From: an uncultured Haliangium sp.
GTDB lineage: Bacteria > Pseudomonadota > Gammaproteobacteria > GCA-001735895
Length of the DNA stretch: 63,916 bases
Assembly: GCA_964195735.1 (NCBI GenBank)
Contig: CAXMQY010000021.1
Span: 1 to 63,916 of the forward strand
Reading direction: 5' to 3'
The position numbers were made by a program, and so were the translations under genes. This document shows, piece after piece, positions 18,120 to 27,256 of the stretch. The notes below the pieces were generated by a model that worked only from the letters and a program-made list of their open reading frames with translations, had not been told where the DNA came from and ran no database searches. Each line of letters starts with the position of its first letter. The stretch's first letter is position 1.

Positions 18120-19670
18120 CTACATTGCTTGTTGTTTTCTGCTCCACAGGAGCAGCTTTTTATAATGAGGCTGTGCTCGACGAATGCAATCAAGGATGCG
18201 TTTATTGACCCATTTCCGAACAGCAACATGAAGATCCGGGCTTAGATCTTCATTGACCGCAACACTGATAAGATTCAGAGCCTTGCAGGCATCGTTTAAG
18301 TCACCCAGAGCATCTTGTACTTTTTCGAGGGACTGAAGAGCAAGACGGGTCTCTTCATCTTCGGCACCGGGGAATATTTCCACGGTGTAGCGAATTTTCT
18401 TTACCATGATCCGCATGGCATGGACTTCAGTCACCGATCGTGTGGGCGTTAGCGCACCCAGTTTCCCGAGCCGCTTCATATTTGCTTTTAGTGTCGATTG
18501 ACGCTGTTTAGAAATGGATGCTCCACCGGTATTGGGTTGCCTGGCTAGCCAACTCTGCAGATGCAGAATTAACCGTTGTGCTCTCCGTGAACCGTAGGTC
18601 TGTAAGGCTTGCGCAAGTTGTTTTCGATGCATTCGCAGGCACAATCCAACCAACTCGGCGCGCAATTCAGGATTCAGCCCTTTGATTTTCGGTAAGGTGT
18701 CAGTGCGCAAGACGTGCCAGTCCCGACACTCTCCTAATTTGGTCTGAAGCCAGCGCAATTCACCATTCAGTGCCTTGCGGTCCATATAATCGATCTGCCC
18801 TTTGAACGCCCTTAAAAACGCCCGCATCCTGCGGATGGCAACACGAGTCTGATGGATAGCCTCGGGCTTCGCTTTCAAAATCTGCGGACTGTTCGAAAAG
18901 AAATGGTCCATCGCATTAGCCATGGAGACCTGCAGCAATTCACAGGTGTTCATATCGGCAGGTATGACGAGTGGCTTATGTTTGACAGGTTTAAGCGCGT
19001 GGGCCGAACTGATTGCCGCAAACCAACGTTCAGCCTTACTGGAGACAAACTGAATCCAGGAGGTCTTTTCATTTAACCGGGCGAGGAAATCAAACATTCC
19101 TTCTGCCGGACCACTGATCAGTCTCGCCTCGATCTCGGAAATCTGCCCCATCCTCCTGCCGCGGCGCGCACAGGTCACATAGCCGGAATCGTAGACAAGT
19201 TCGAAGGAGGTCGAACGGTGTCGAAGAGGCATCTTTGTTCTTGTGAGTTCTGTCCAGACCAACGGCATGAATTGCCATCGAGCGGATCTCACAATGGACA
19301 GTTGCTTCAACGCATCTTGAACAAACACATTATCAAGCAAGCTATCCTTAAGTGTTCTCGATCCTTCGGTGCGATGCAACACCCCACAGCCAATGCGCTT
19401 CTCAGTTGTCAGGGTCTGCTCAATCCGGCCGCCAGCATGGCGTATCCTCAAAGAACAGCCATTTCTTCTCAACATATAACGGGGCGTATCAAAATAAATC
19501 GACTTTTCAAAAGCCGTTGTTACGTTTCCTGATAATGTGGACCTGACCAGACTGGTAGCGAGCAACTGTGCGGCTGAATCGGCCGGTATCAGGAATTTTA
19601 TCTCCGTAACCAGCGAGGTTCGCAATTCATTTTCGGCAAATGGCGTCACTGCCTTTGTCACTTCGAGCAT
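18120..19670 (-). CDS. CYTH + CHAD domain protein (triphosphate tunnel metalloenzyme-like / polyphosphate-associated)
   Basis: N-terminal ..VTEIKFLI.. resembles the CYTH ExExK strand. The C-terminal half carries CHAD-type helices (IHQTRVAIRRMRAFLRAF, VHAMRIMVKKIRYTVE). Confidence 0.7.
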   Translation of the reverse strand: MLEVTKAVTPFAENELRTSLVTEIKFLIPADSAAQLLATSLVRSTLSGNVTTAFEKSIYFDTPRYMLRRNGCSLRIRHAGGRIEQTLTTEKRIGCGVLHRTEGSRTLKDSLLDNVFVQDALKQLSIVRSARWQFMPLVWTELTRTKMPLRHRSTSFELVYDSGYVTCARRGRRMGQISEIEARLISGPAEGMFDFLARLNEKTSWIQFVSSKAERWFAAISSAHALKPVKHKPLVIPADMNTCELLQVSMANAMDHFFSNSPQILKAKPEAIHQTRVAIRRMRAFLRAFKGQIDYMDRKALNGELRWLQTKLGECRDWHVLRTDTLPKIKGLNPELRAELVGLCLRMHRKQLAQALQTYGSRRAQRLILHLQSWLARQPNTGGASISKQRQSTLKANMKRLGKLGALTPTRSVTEVHAMRIMVKKIRYTVEIFPGAEDEETRLALQSLEKVQDALGDLNDACKALNLISVAVNEDLSPDLHVAVRKWVNKRILDCIRRAQPHYKKLLLWSRKQQAM

Positions 19671-19861
19671 GCGTACACTTTTTGTTTCAACATAAAAACT
19701 TTATAACACTCCTATAAATCAATGGCTTAGTGGATTTTTGTCAAAAGCCCGGTATGGCGGCACTTAATTCTATGCTCCAATAATTGCACAGACATGCCCG
19801 TAAACAAAGGGTATGATAATCAACTGAAAATTCTGAGCAACCAGTGATCCCGGTCAACTAA

Positions 19862-20491
19862 ATGGCGTTTGTGCTAGTGACAAATTCGAAAGGGGGGGTG
19901 GGCAAGACAACGCTCACAGCCAGCCTCGCTTTAGCGGCTCAGAGTACCGGCCACCATGTTGCCTTGATCGACCTGGACCGCCAAAGAAGCCTCTCCCAGT
20001 TTGCCAAAATGGTCGATATTCCCTATCAGACCGGTTTGCAAGTGGGACCAAGAAAATTTGCCAAAAAGAAAGTCGCCGACCTTTTGCTGATCGATACGAA
20101 AGCCACATTGCGTGGTCGTAAGCTCGAGGAGGCGGTCGCACTCGCGGATGCCATCATCGTGCCTTGCACGACCTCGCACGTAGACATCGAAGCAACCTCC
20201 CGATTCTTAAAACAATTGCGCAGGGTCAAGGACCTGAAAAAGGGCCGGGCCCACCTCATTCCTGTACTAAACCGGATGCGAATGAACGCTTCTCTCAGCG
20301 ATCAGATTGCACAAGCCGAATTGAAGCTACATGCACCGATAGGGGCCTGGTTTCCCGCTACCAAGGCATTCGAGGAGGTACTTGAATCAGGTCGCAGTAT
20401 ACAGCGCAGCCGATATGCGCGGCGTAATGAAGTAACTGAAAATCTTCAAAAACTGCTTCATTTATGCGGGCTCAGCCACACGACTCGTTAG
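19862..20491 (+). CDS. Orphan ParA/MinD-family P-loop ATPase
   Basis: Deviant Walker A motif VTNSKGGVGKTT. At 209 aa it is the size of small ParA proteins. No parB-like gene is adjacent. Confidence 0.8.
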   Translation: MAFVLVTNSKGGVGKTTLTASLALAAQSTGHHVALIDLDRQRSLSQFAKMVDIPYQTGLQVGPRKFAKKKVADLLLIDTKATLRGRKLEEAVALADAIIVPCTTSHVDIEATSRFLKQLRRVKDLKKGRAHLIPVLNRMRMNASLSDQIAQAELKLHAPIGAWFPATKAFEEVLESGRSIQRSRYARRNEVTENLQKLLHLCGLSHTTR

Positions 20492-20571
20492 CCGCTGAGC
20501 TAATGGAGCGGTAGATCAATCAAAATGCACTGCTTCGGGTATAGGATCAATAACTGGCGCTCGCTTACGAC

Positions 20572-20592
20572 GGGGACAGACACTTCGCTTAA
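20572..20592 (+). repeat. Single copy of the 20-bp motif GGGGACAGACACTTCGCTTA
   Basis: Identical to the copies at 21865-21905. It abuts the truncated end of a gene remnant. Confidence 0.8.
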
Positions 20593-20712
20593 CATCAGCA
20601 TCACCGTGAAGGAGTAAGTAGAGGAGCCGAAAGACAGCGCGATGATGCGAATGAAAAGCACTTCGTAACCCATCGCCGCAAAGCCACTCAGAAACAGGGC
20701 GATCGAGGAGCG
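20593..20712 (-). pseudogene. Remnant of the N-terminal membrane segment of a spermidine-synthase-like (fused MFS/SpeE-type) gene
   Basis: The minus-strand frame reads IALFLSGFAAMGYEVLFIRIIALSFGSSTYSFTVMLM and then runs straight into the 20-bp motif. A stop lies immediately upstream and there is no start codon. The family assignment is by memory of the FLSGxxxLxYEVxW pattern only. Confidence 0.3.
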
Positions 20713-20902
20713 CCTTCACCTGCTAGATCGAGGGACGCTTGACGAGTTTAATTCCAGAGGTTCTGTTTTAGCGACGAAGGACCACGAGCACATATCAGGG
20801 AAAGACTATAGAGTTTAGTGGGCTACAGGAAGCATAAACACCCTTTTCCAAAAATCCGCTATTTGACACCGGGTCAGTTTTGGAAAATAGTTCCGGGTTA
20901 TC

Positions 20903-21808
20903 CTAAAGCACCCCAACCGCCCAACGCGCAAAATCTTCTAGCAGAGATTTTTTCGGGTGATCGGGCTGGTAAGCTATGTAGTAACCCCATCCCGCTATGC
21001 TTGATTCTGTGGCCTTGACCAGTACACCGGTCTCCAATTCATGCGCGACCAGTAAATTGCTAAATATACCGATTCCATGACCGGCTATAACCGCTTCTAT
21101 TGCGTGAAGTTCTTCCCTGAAATTCAACTGACTGACGTCATCAATGTCGAGGTCTGTCGAGTCTGACGACTGGGTTAACTCCAGCCACCATTGCCAGGGT
21201 GGTGGATGCTCTACCAATGATGACCAGTTCCAGTGAATCAGTGTTTTGCCTCTGAGATCTTCAAGATTCTCGATGCTCTGCCCGCTGGAGAGCATTGTCG
21301 GACTGCAGACCGGTATGTACCTGTCGCGGATGAGTTCATGCGAAACCAGATCGGTTGGTGCGGTTGGCATGTACCGGATCGCCAGGTCGCATTCGCCCGT
21401 TCGAAGATCCAGATTGGTGTCAGTGCTAATCAACTTCATTCGCACGCCAGGGTTTAACCCACGCCAATGCGCTAACCTGGGGACTAGCCAACGGCTCGCA
21501 AAAGCACTGGTCGTCGAAATAATAAGAGTACTTTTCTCAGAGCCCATCTGGATATCTGAGATAGTAGCTGCGAACGCATCGAGACCGTCGCGTACCACGG
21601 GGAGAAGCTGCGCACCCGCCTCGGTAAGCGCTAGTGGACGGGGACGGCGGCGGAACAGCAGGATGCCACAGTAGGCCTCAAGCAACTTGATTTGATGGCT
21701 GATAGCCGTTGCCGTCACCGCAAGTTCGTCACCCGCTGCCTTGAAGCTCAAATGCCTGGCAGCGGCTTCAAAAGCGCGTAGTTCAGCAAGAGGTGGCAAC
21801 TTTCTCAT
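20903..21808 (-). CDS. LysR family transcriptional regulator (GcvA-like)
   Basis: The HTH region is LPPLAELRAFEAAARHLSFKAAGDELAVTATAISHQIKLLE; 301 aa. Confidence 0.88.
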   Translation of the reverse strand: MRKLPPLAELRAFEAAARHLSFKAAGDELAVTATAISHQIKLLEAYCGILLFRRRPRPLALTEAGAQLLPVVRDGLDAFAATISDIQMGSEKSTLIISTTSAFASRWLVPRLAHWRGLNPGVRMKLISTDTNLDLRTGECDLAIRYMPTAPTDLVSHELIRDRYIPVCSPTMLSSGQSIENLEDLRGKTLIHWNWSSLVEHPPPWQWWLELTQSSDSTDLDIDDVSQLNFREELHAIEAVIAGHGIGIFSNLLVAHELETGVLVKATESSIAGWGYYIAYQPDHPKKSLLEDFARWAVGVL

Positions 21809-21864
21809 GCACTTAGTGTAGATGTAATTGATTCATCTGGAGCGTGAAATATAAGGGGCTACGT

Positions 21865-21944
21865 GGGGGACAGACACTTCGCTTAGGGGACAGACACTTC
21901 GCTTAGGTTGCAGGGCAATTACCGAACTACAGACACTTCGCTTA
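21865..21944 (+). repeat. Cluster of three copies of GGGGACAGACACTTCGCTTA (two abutting, one partial 24 nt later)
   Basis: Copies lie at 21865-21885, 21886-21905 and 21929-21944 (ACAGACACTTCGCTTA). They have the same orientation as the copy at 20572. Confidence 0.85.
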
Positions 21945-22271
21945 CGATGCCCTTTGTTTGGGATTGGTAGTAGGCCGTGTTGCCGGGTCGTGTCACCTCC
22001 TCATCAATTATGCCGGTGCTCTAAGGCGCACGGTTCGGGTGCTAGCAGTTAATCGGATCAATCGGACTGTTGTATATATGTCGGTTTCTGCGCCTGACGG
22101 GGACATAATTTTGTGAAAAATCGCACAAAATATCGCTTAACTTAACAAATCACATTAACACTTAGGGCTAAGTAACCGATTTGTTTGATGTATCCCTCGA
22201 TAGATTGTGGAAAATTCAGCTAAGTTATTGACGCCATTGAGAAAAGGCACGGAAATGCAGCCCATATTTAC

Positions 22272-22347
22272 TTGACTTGTGCTCAAAATCAGCCATATTA
22301 GTGTCATTAGGTGGGTAAAAGTGTCACGTTGTGGCATATAAATGGGT
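22272..22347 (+). promoter_or_regulatory. Candidate mraZ (dcw) promoter and MraZ operator boxes
   Basis: TTGACT (22272-22277) is followed 16 nt later by CATATT. Downstream are five direct GTGNN/TGGGT boxes at 22301 (GTGTC), 22311 (GTGGG), 22321 (GTGTC), 22331 (GTGGC) and 22342 (ATGGG). The first four are spaced by exactly 10 bp and the fifth sits 11 bp after the fourth. The array ends just before the mraZ GTG. Confidence 0.45.
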
Positions 22348-22352
22348 TAAGC

Positions 22353-22811
22353 GTGCATAAATTTCGAGGGGTTTCCAATCTGTCTCTGGACGCGAAGGGG
22401 AGAATAGTGCTTCCCGCGCGCTATCGCGAGCGTTTGCTTGAAATCTGCCAAAGCCAGATGATCGTCACCATCGATACCGATCAGCCCTGCCTGCTGATTT
22501 ACCCGTTGCCGGAATGGGAGCAAATCGAGGAAAAGATCGAGGCGCTACCAAGTTTCAACCCCACTACGCGACGCATTCAGCGTTTACTCATCGGCCACGC
22601 GACCGAGATCGAAGTCGATGGCAATGGCCGCATGCTGTTATCCAATCCGTTACGGGAATACGCCAGGCTCGGCAAAAAAGTCGTGCTTATCGGGCAGGGC
22701 AAGAAATTCGAGCTCTGGGATGAGGCGCTGTGGAGCGAGCGCATGGAATCCTGGTTGAGCGAATCCGACGACGCCGAAATGCCGGTCGCGCTGGCGGAGT
22801 TGACCCTGTGA
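22353..22811 (+). CDS. mraZ: Transcriptional regulator MraZ
   Basis: VHKFRGVSNLSLDAKGRIVLP matches the MraZ N-terminus. The GTG at 22353 gives the usual ~152 aa; the ORF track start is 22311. Confidence 0.9.
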   Translation: MHKFRGVSNLSLDAKGRIVLPARYRERLLEICQSQMIVTIDTDQPCLLIYPLPEWEQIEEKIEALPSFNPTTRRIQRLLIGHATEIEVDGNGRMLLSNPLREYARLGKKVVLIGQGKKFELWDEALWSERMESWLSESDDAEMPVALAELTL

Positions 22812-23743
22812 ATTCCGCGCACGCCCCGGTTCTGCACGACGAGGTGGTTGCAGCGTTTGCAATCAAGCCCAAGGGCAACTATGTCGACGGTACTTACGGG
22901 CGCGGCGGTCACGCACGTTCTATTCTTGCGGCGCTGGACGAGGATGGTCGCCTGATCGTCATGGACCGTGATCCGCAGGCTATCGCGGACGCGAGGGCTA
23001 GTCTCGGCACGGACAAGCGCGTCACCATCATCCATGACGACTATGCCAACCTGCATGCGCGCATCGCCGGTCTCGACCTGTTGGAACAAATCGATGGAAT
23101 CCTGCTCGATCTGGGCGTTTCCTCGCCGCAGCTCGATGACGCCGGGCGTGGATTCAGTTTTCAGCGCAATGGCCCGCTGGACATGCGCATGAACCCAGAG
23201 CAGGGTGAGTCGGCTGCCGGCTGGCTGGCGCGGGCGGAGGAGGCCGAGATCGCCCGGGTGTTGTGGGAATACGGCGAAGAGCGTCATTCGCGCCGTATCG
23301 CCAGGAAACTGGTGGAAATTCGCCAGTCAAGCAGCATCGATGACACCGCGACCCTGGCCTCGATTATTGGCTCGGTAGTGCCACGTCCGAAGAACAACCG
23401 TCACCCGGCCACGCGCAGTTTTCAGGCCATTCGTATTCATATCAACCAGGAACTCGCGCAGTTGCAGCAACTGCTGGAATCGGTGCTCGATATCCTGAAA
23501 ATCGGTGGGCGCCTGCTCATCATCAGCTTTCACTCGCTGGAAGATCGTCTGGTCAAACGTTTCATCAAAGCGCAGAGCACGCGCCCGCAGATACCGCGCC
23601 GCCTGCCGCTGCGCGATAGCGAAATGGACGTGCTGTTACGCCTCAAGGCTGGTGGCAAGGCGATCAAGGCCGGGGCCGCGGAACTGGCGACGAACCCGCG
23701 CGCGCGCAGCGCGATACTGCGCGTCGCCGAGCGGGCTGCCTGA
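22808..23743 (+). CDS. rsmH: 16S rRNA (cytosine1402-N4)-methyltransferase
   Basis: HAPVLHDEVV..., DGTYGRGGH and ISFHSLEDR motifs. The GTG overlaps the mraZ stop (GTGA). Confidence 0.92.
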   Translation: MNSAHAPVLHDEVVAAFAIKPKGNYVDGTYGRGGHARSILAALDEDGRLIVMDRDPQAIADARASLGTDKRVTIIHDDYANLHARIAGLDLLEQIDGILLDLGVSSPQLDDAGRGFSFQRNGPLDMRMNPEQGESAAGWLARAEEAEIARVLWEYGEERHSRRIARKLVEIRQSSSIDDTATLASIIGSVVPRPKNNRHPATRSFQAIRIHINQELAQLQQLLESVLDILKIGGRLLIISFHSLEDRLVKRFIKAQSTRPQIPRRLPLRDSEMDVLLRLKAGGKAIKAGAAELATNPRARSAILRVAERAA

Positions 23744-24006
23744 TGAGCGGCAAGATCTGGTTGTCGCTGCTGCTAACCCTGGTTCTCGGCAGCGCACTGA
23801 CGGTGATATACGTCAAGCACCAGAGTCGCGTGCTGTTTGCCGAACTGCGCAGCATTCAGAAGCAGCAGGACAAGCAGGTGATCCACTGGGGCCGGCTGCA
23901 GTTACAGAACACTACGCTCGCAACCCACAGCCACGTGGAATCGCGGGCGCGCCAGGACTTGAAAATGCGCCTGCCCGAAAATGTTGAGCTGGTGCAACTG
24001 CAATGA
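23743..24006 (+). CDS. ftsL: Cell division protein FtsL
   Basis: 87-aa single-TM protein in the canonical position between rsmH and ftsI. Confidence 0.85.
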   Translation: MSGKIWLSLLLTLVLGSALTVIYVKHQSRVLFAELRSIQKQQDKQVIHWGRLQLQNTTLATHSHVESRARQDLKMRLPENVELVQLQ

Positions 24007-25739
24007 AGCGCAAGGACAGTATCGACAAAGCGGAATACCGGCCGGAATTTCTCGCCGCACGCCATTTCCTCGTGTTGCTGGTGCTGTTCGGCCTGCTCGC
24101 CGCCCTTGTCGGCCGCGCACTTTATCTGCAGATCGTAGAACAGGACTTTCTCGCCGACCAGGGAATGCAGCGGCAGATACGCACCATCGAAACACCCGCC
24201 TACCGTGGCTCTATACTCGATCGCTTCGGCACTCCGCTGGCAATCAGCACGCCGGTCGATTCCATCTGGGTCAACCCGGCTGAAATCCTGCAAAACCTGA
24301 CAGCGTTGAAACAGGTGACTGACAAGCTCGATCTCAACTATCGCGATACCGTCACCTTGTTGAAACAGCGCGCCGACCGTGAGTTCGTCTATCTCAAGCG
24401 TCAACAGGAACCGGAGTTTGCGCAGGCCGTAGTCGCCGGCATCGAGGGGGTTTACCTGCAGCGTGAGTATCATCGTTATTACCCGGCTGGCGAAGTGGTT
24501 TCACACCTGGTGGGCTTTACCGACATCGACGACCGTGGCCAGGAAGGGCTGGAGCTTGCTTACCAGGACTGGCTCAGTGCGCAACCGGGGCAGCGACGTG
24601 TGATTCGCAACCGGCGCGGTGAAGTCATTGAAGAGCTGGCGCAGGTGAAGCCCGCCGAGGCGGGTCGTGATATCCATACCAGCATCGACATGCGCCTGCA
24701 GTACATCGCCTATCGCAGTCTTGCCAGGGCGATCAAGTACCATGCCGCCAAGTCGGGTTCTGCGGTGTTGCTCGATGCGCGCAGCGGTGAAATCCTCGCC
24801 ATCGTCAACCAGCCGTCCTACAACCCGAATCGGCGCCACAGTAAGGCTTCCGGGCAAATGCGCAATCGCGCCCTGACTGACGTGTTCGAGCCGGGTTCGA
24901 CGATCAAGCCGTTTACGCTGGCCGCCGCGATAGACCGTGGCCGCTACCATGTCGACAGTCGCATCGACACCTCGCCCGGGTACTGGATGGTGAGCGGACA
25001 CGCGGTCAAGGACGTGCGCAACTACGGCGTACTCAGCCTGGCCGATATCCTGCGCCGCTCCAGCAACGTCGGCGCATCGCGTATCGCCATGTCGATGCAC
25101 AAGCAGGAGTTGTGGGACAGTTTCAGAAACTATGGCTTCGGAGATCCCACGGGGGTGTCCTTTCCCGGCGAATCCTCGGGCTACTTCCGCCACTACAGCC
25201 AGTGGCAACCGCTCGATCACGCCATCATGGGCTTCGGCTACGGAATGTCGGTATCGATCACGCAGTTGGCGCGCGCCTATGCGGTCATCGCCAACGAAGG
25301 TCGCCTGCTCGATCTCAGCCTGATTCGCAAGCAGGCCGAAACGGCCCCGGGCAACCAGATTTCACGCCACGTGATGAAGGCGTCGACCGCGCGCCAGATG
25401 ATCCGCATGATGACGGAAGTGGTAGGGCCGAAAGGTACTGCGCAACGTGCGGCGATACCCGGATACCAGGTCGCGGGTAAAACCGGCACCGCCAAGAAGA
25501 GTGTCGACGGAGGTTATCAAAAAGATGATTACGTCGCCGTATTTGCCGGTATAGCGCCTGCCAGCAACCCACGCCTGGTGATGGCAGTGATGATCGACGA
25601 GCCAACCCAGAACGGTTACTACGGCGGCGTAGTGGCGGCGCCGGTTTTTCGCGATGTCATGTCCAACGCATTGCGTATTCTCGACATCCCGCCGGACGAT
25701 TTACCGACGCTGGTGCAAAACAGGGACCAGGGGGCATGA
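24003..25739 (+). CDS. ftsI: Peptidoglycan D,D-transpeptidase FtsI (PBP3)
   Basis: PBP dimerisation and transpeptidase domains with STIKP, SSN and KTGT motifs. Confidence 0.93.
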   Translation: MKRKDSIDKAEYRPEFLAARHFLVLLVLFGLLAALVGRALYLQIVEQDFLADQGMQRQIRTIETPAYRGSILDRFGTPLAISTPVDSIWVNPAEILQNLTALKQVTDKLDLNYRDTVTLLKQRADREFVYLKRQQEPEFAQAVVAGIEGVYLQREYHRYYPAGEVVSHLVGFTDIDDRGQEGLELAYQDWLSAQPGQRRVIRNRRGEVIEELAQVKPAEAGRDIHTSIDMRLQYIAYRSLARAIKYHAAKSGSAVLLDARSGEILAIVNQPSYNPNRRHSKASGQMRNRALTDVFEPGSTIKPFTLAAAIDRGRYHVDSRIDTSPGYWMVSGHAVKDVRNYGVLSLADILRRSSNVGASRIAMSMHKQELWDSFRNYGFGDPTGVSFPGESSGYFRHYSQWQPLDHAIMGFGYGMSVSITQLARAYAVIANEGRLLDLSLIRKQAETAPGNQISRHVMKASTARQMIRMMTEVVGPKGTAQRAAIPGYQVAGKTGTAKKSVDGGYQKDDYVAVFAGIAPASNPRLVMAVMIDEPTQNGYYGGVVAAPVFRDVMSNALRILDIPPDDLPTLVQNRDQGA

Positions 25740-27256
25740 TGACGAATCTGCGAGTTCCTGGAATGCCGTTGTCGGAACTGCTGGCAGGGTTTAGCACGCA
25801 GCAAGTGGTGCCGACGATTCCGATCTGTGATATCGCCAGTAATAGCGCCGCGGTGACCGCGAATTCGGCATTCATCGCGCTGCCCGGCATGCGCACGAAC
25901 GGCATCGACTATGCCATTGATGCGGTCAAGGCGGGTGCGGTCGCGGTGATCTACGATGCCACCGACGAGTACAGCCTAAAGCGCATACCGCTGTTGCGTA
26001 AGCAGATTGAAACCTGTTGGGTCGGCATCGAGCAACTGGAACGCGCCAATGGTCATATCGTTAGCCGCTTCTTCGGCGATCCCGCACAGGCAATGACAAT
26101 CGTCGGCGTTACCGGTACCGACGGCAAGTCCAGCGTGACCCACTTGCTTACCCAGGCGTTGACGCGCATCGGCAAGTCCTGCGCCAGCATCGGTACGCTG
26201 GGTTACGGTGTCGGCAACCAGTTGACCCCGGGCAGCTTGACCACGCCCGACGTGGTCAGCCTGCAATCGCGTCTACACCAGTTTCGTCAACAGCGCTGTG
26301 AATACGTGGTTATGGAGGTGTCGTCGCACGCACTCGAGCAATACCGCGTCAATGGCTGCGACTTCGATATCGCCGTGCTCACCAACCTCGGCCGAGATCA
26401 CCTCGATTATCACGGCGATCACGCAAACTATGCCGCGGCCAAGGCGCGCCTGTTCCACGACTTCAAGCTTTCCGGACGGGTTGTCAATCTCGACGACGGT
26501 TTCGGCCGGCAACTCATTGATTCGGTAGAGCGCGATAATCTGTTGCGTTACTCGGTCACGCAGCAGCAGGGCGTCGAGGTCGAGGTCAGCCTGATCGCAA
26601 GTGAGAAAACCGTCAACGGGCAAAACATTCGCGCTTCCACTCCACTCGGCGAAGTCACTGCGGTCACCGCGTTACTCGGCTATTTCAATATTGAAAACAC
26701 GCTCGCCTGTATCGCCACGCTGGTCGCATTGGGGCTCGATCACAACGAGATTGAACTGGCGCTCAAGGATTTGACGCCGATTCCCGGGCGCATGGAAAAG
26801 TTTAGCGGCGCCGGTGCGCGTGCACCCGCCCTGGTCGATTTCGCGCACACCGAACAGGCATTGCGCGCCTGTATCGCTGCGGCGCGGGAACATTGCGCCG
26901 GGCAGCTGTGGTGCGTTTTCGGTTGTGGCGGCGACCGCGACCGGGGCAAACGTCCCGGCATGGGCCGCGCGGTCGAGGAACTGGCCGACCGGGTCGTTAT
27001 AACCGACGACAATCCGCGCAATGAATCGCCGCAAAAGATCGTCGCCGAAATCCTCGCGGGCCTGCAGCAGCCAGACAAGGCCAGCGTGGTACACAATCGT
27101 CAGGCCGCGATCGAGTATGCGTTGTCGCAGGCCGGCGCCGATGACCTCGTCGTGATCGCCGGCAAGGGTCACGAACAGGAACAAATTGTCGGCAACGAGC
27201 GTCGTCCGTTCAGCGATCGCCACGTGGTAGCACGCCTGTTGCAGGTGGAATCATGA
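25736..27256 (+). CDS. murE: UDP-N-acetylmuramoyl-L-alanyl-D-glutamate--2,6-diaminopimelate ligase
   Basis: Mur ligase P-loop GVTGTDGKSS and a DNPR motif; canonical dcw position. Confidence 0.93.
   Translation: MMTNLRVPGMPLSELLAGFSTQQVVPTIPICDIASNSAAVTANSAFIALPGMRTNGIDYAIDAVKAGAVAVIYDATDEYSLKRIPLLRKQIETCWVGIEQLERANGHIVSRFFGDPAQAMTIVGVTGTDGKSSVTHLLTQALTRIGKSCASIGTLGYGVGNQLTPGSLTTPDVVSLQSRLHQFRQQRCEYVVMEVSSHALEQYRVNGCDFDIAVLTNLGRDHLDYHGDHANYAAAKARLFHDFKLSGRVVNLDDGFGRQLIDSVERDNLLRYSVTQQQGVEVEVSLIASEKTVNGQNIRASTPLGEVTAVTALLGYFNIENTLACIATLVALGLDHNEIELALKDLTPIPGRMEKFSGAGARAPALVDFAHTEQALRACIAAAREHCAGQLWCVFGCGGDRDRGKRPGMGRAVEELADRVVITDDNPRNESPQKIVAEILAGLQQPDKASVVHNRQAAIEYALSQAGADDLVVIAGKGHEQEQIVGNERRPFSDRHVVARLLQVES

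Noticed and set aside
21865-21944. Possible CRISPR array, based on the repeated 20-mers.
   Set aside because: There are only three copies. Two abut with no spacer, the third is partial, the repeat is short and non-palindromic, and no cas genes are present.
22311-22352. The longer N-terminal extensions given in the ORF track for mraZ, rsmH, murD, ftsW, ddl, ftsA, lptG, pepA, valS, DoxX and AOR.
   Set aside because: The internal starts reproduce the conserved family N-termini. They also give the classic overlapping stop/start couplings (ATGA, GTGA, TGATG) or have good Shine-Dalgarno sequences. The extensions overlap the preceding genes and look non-coding.
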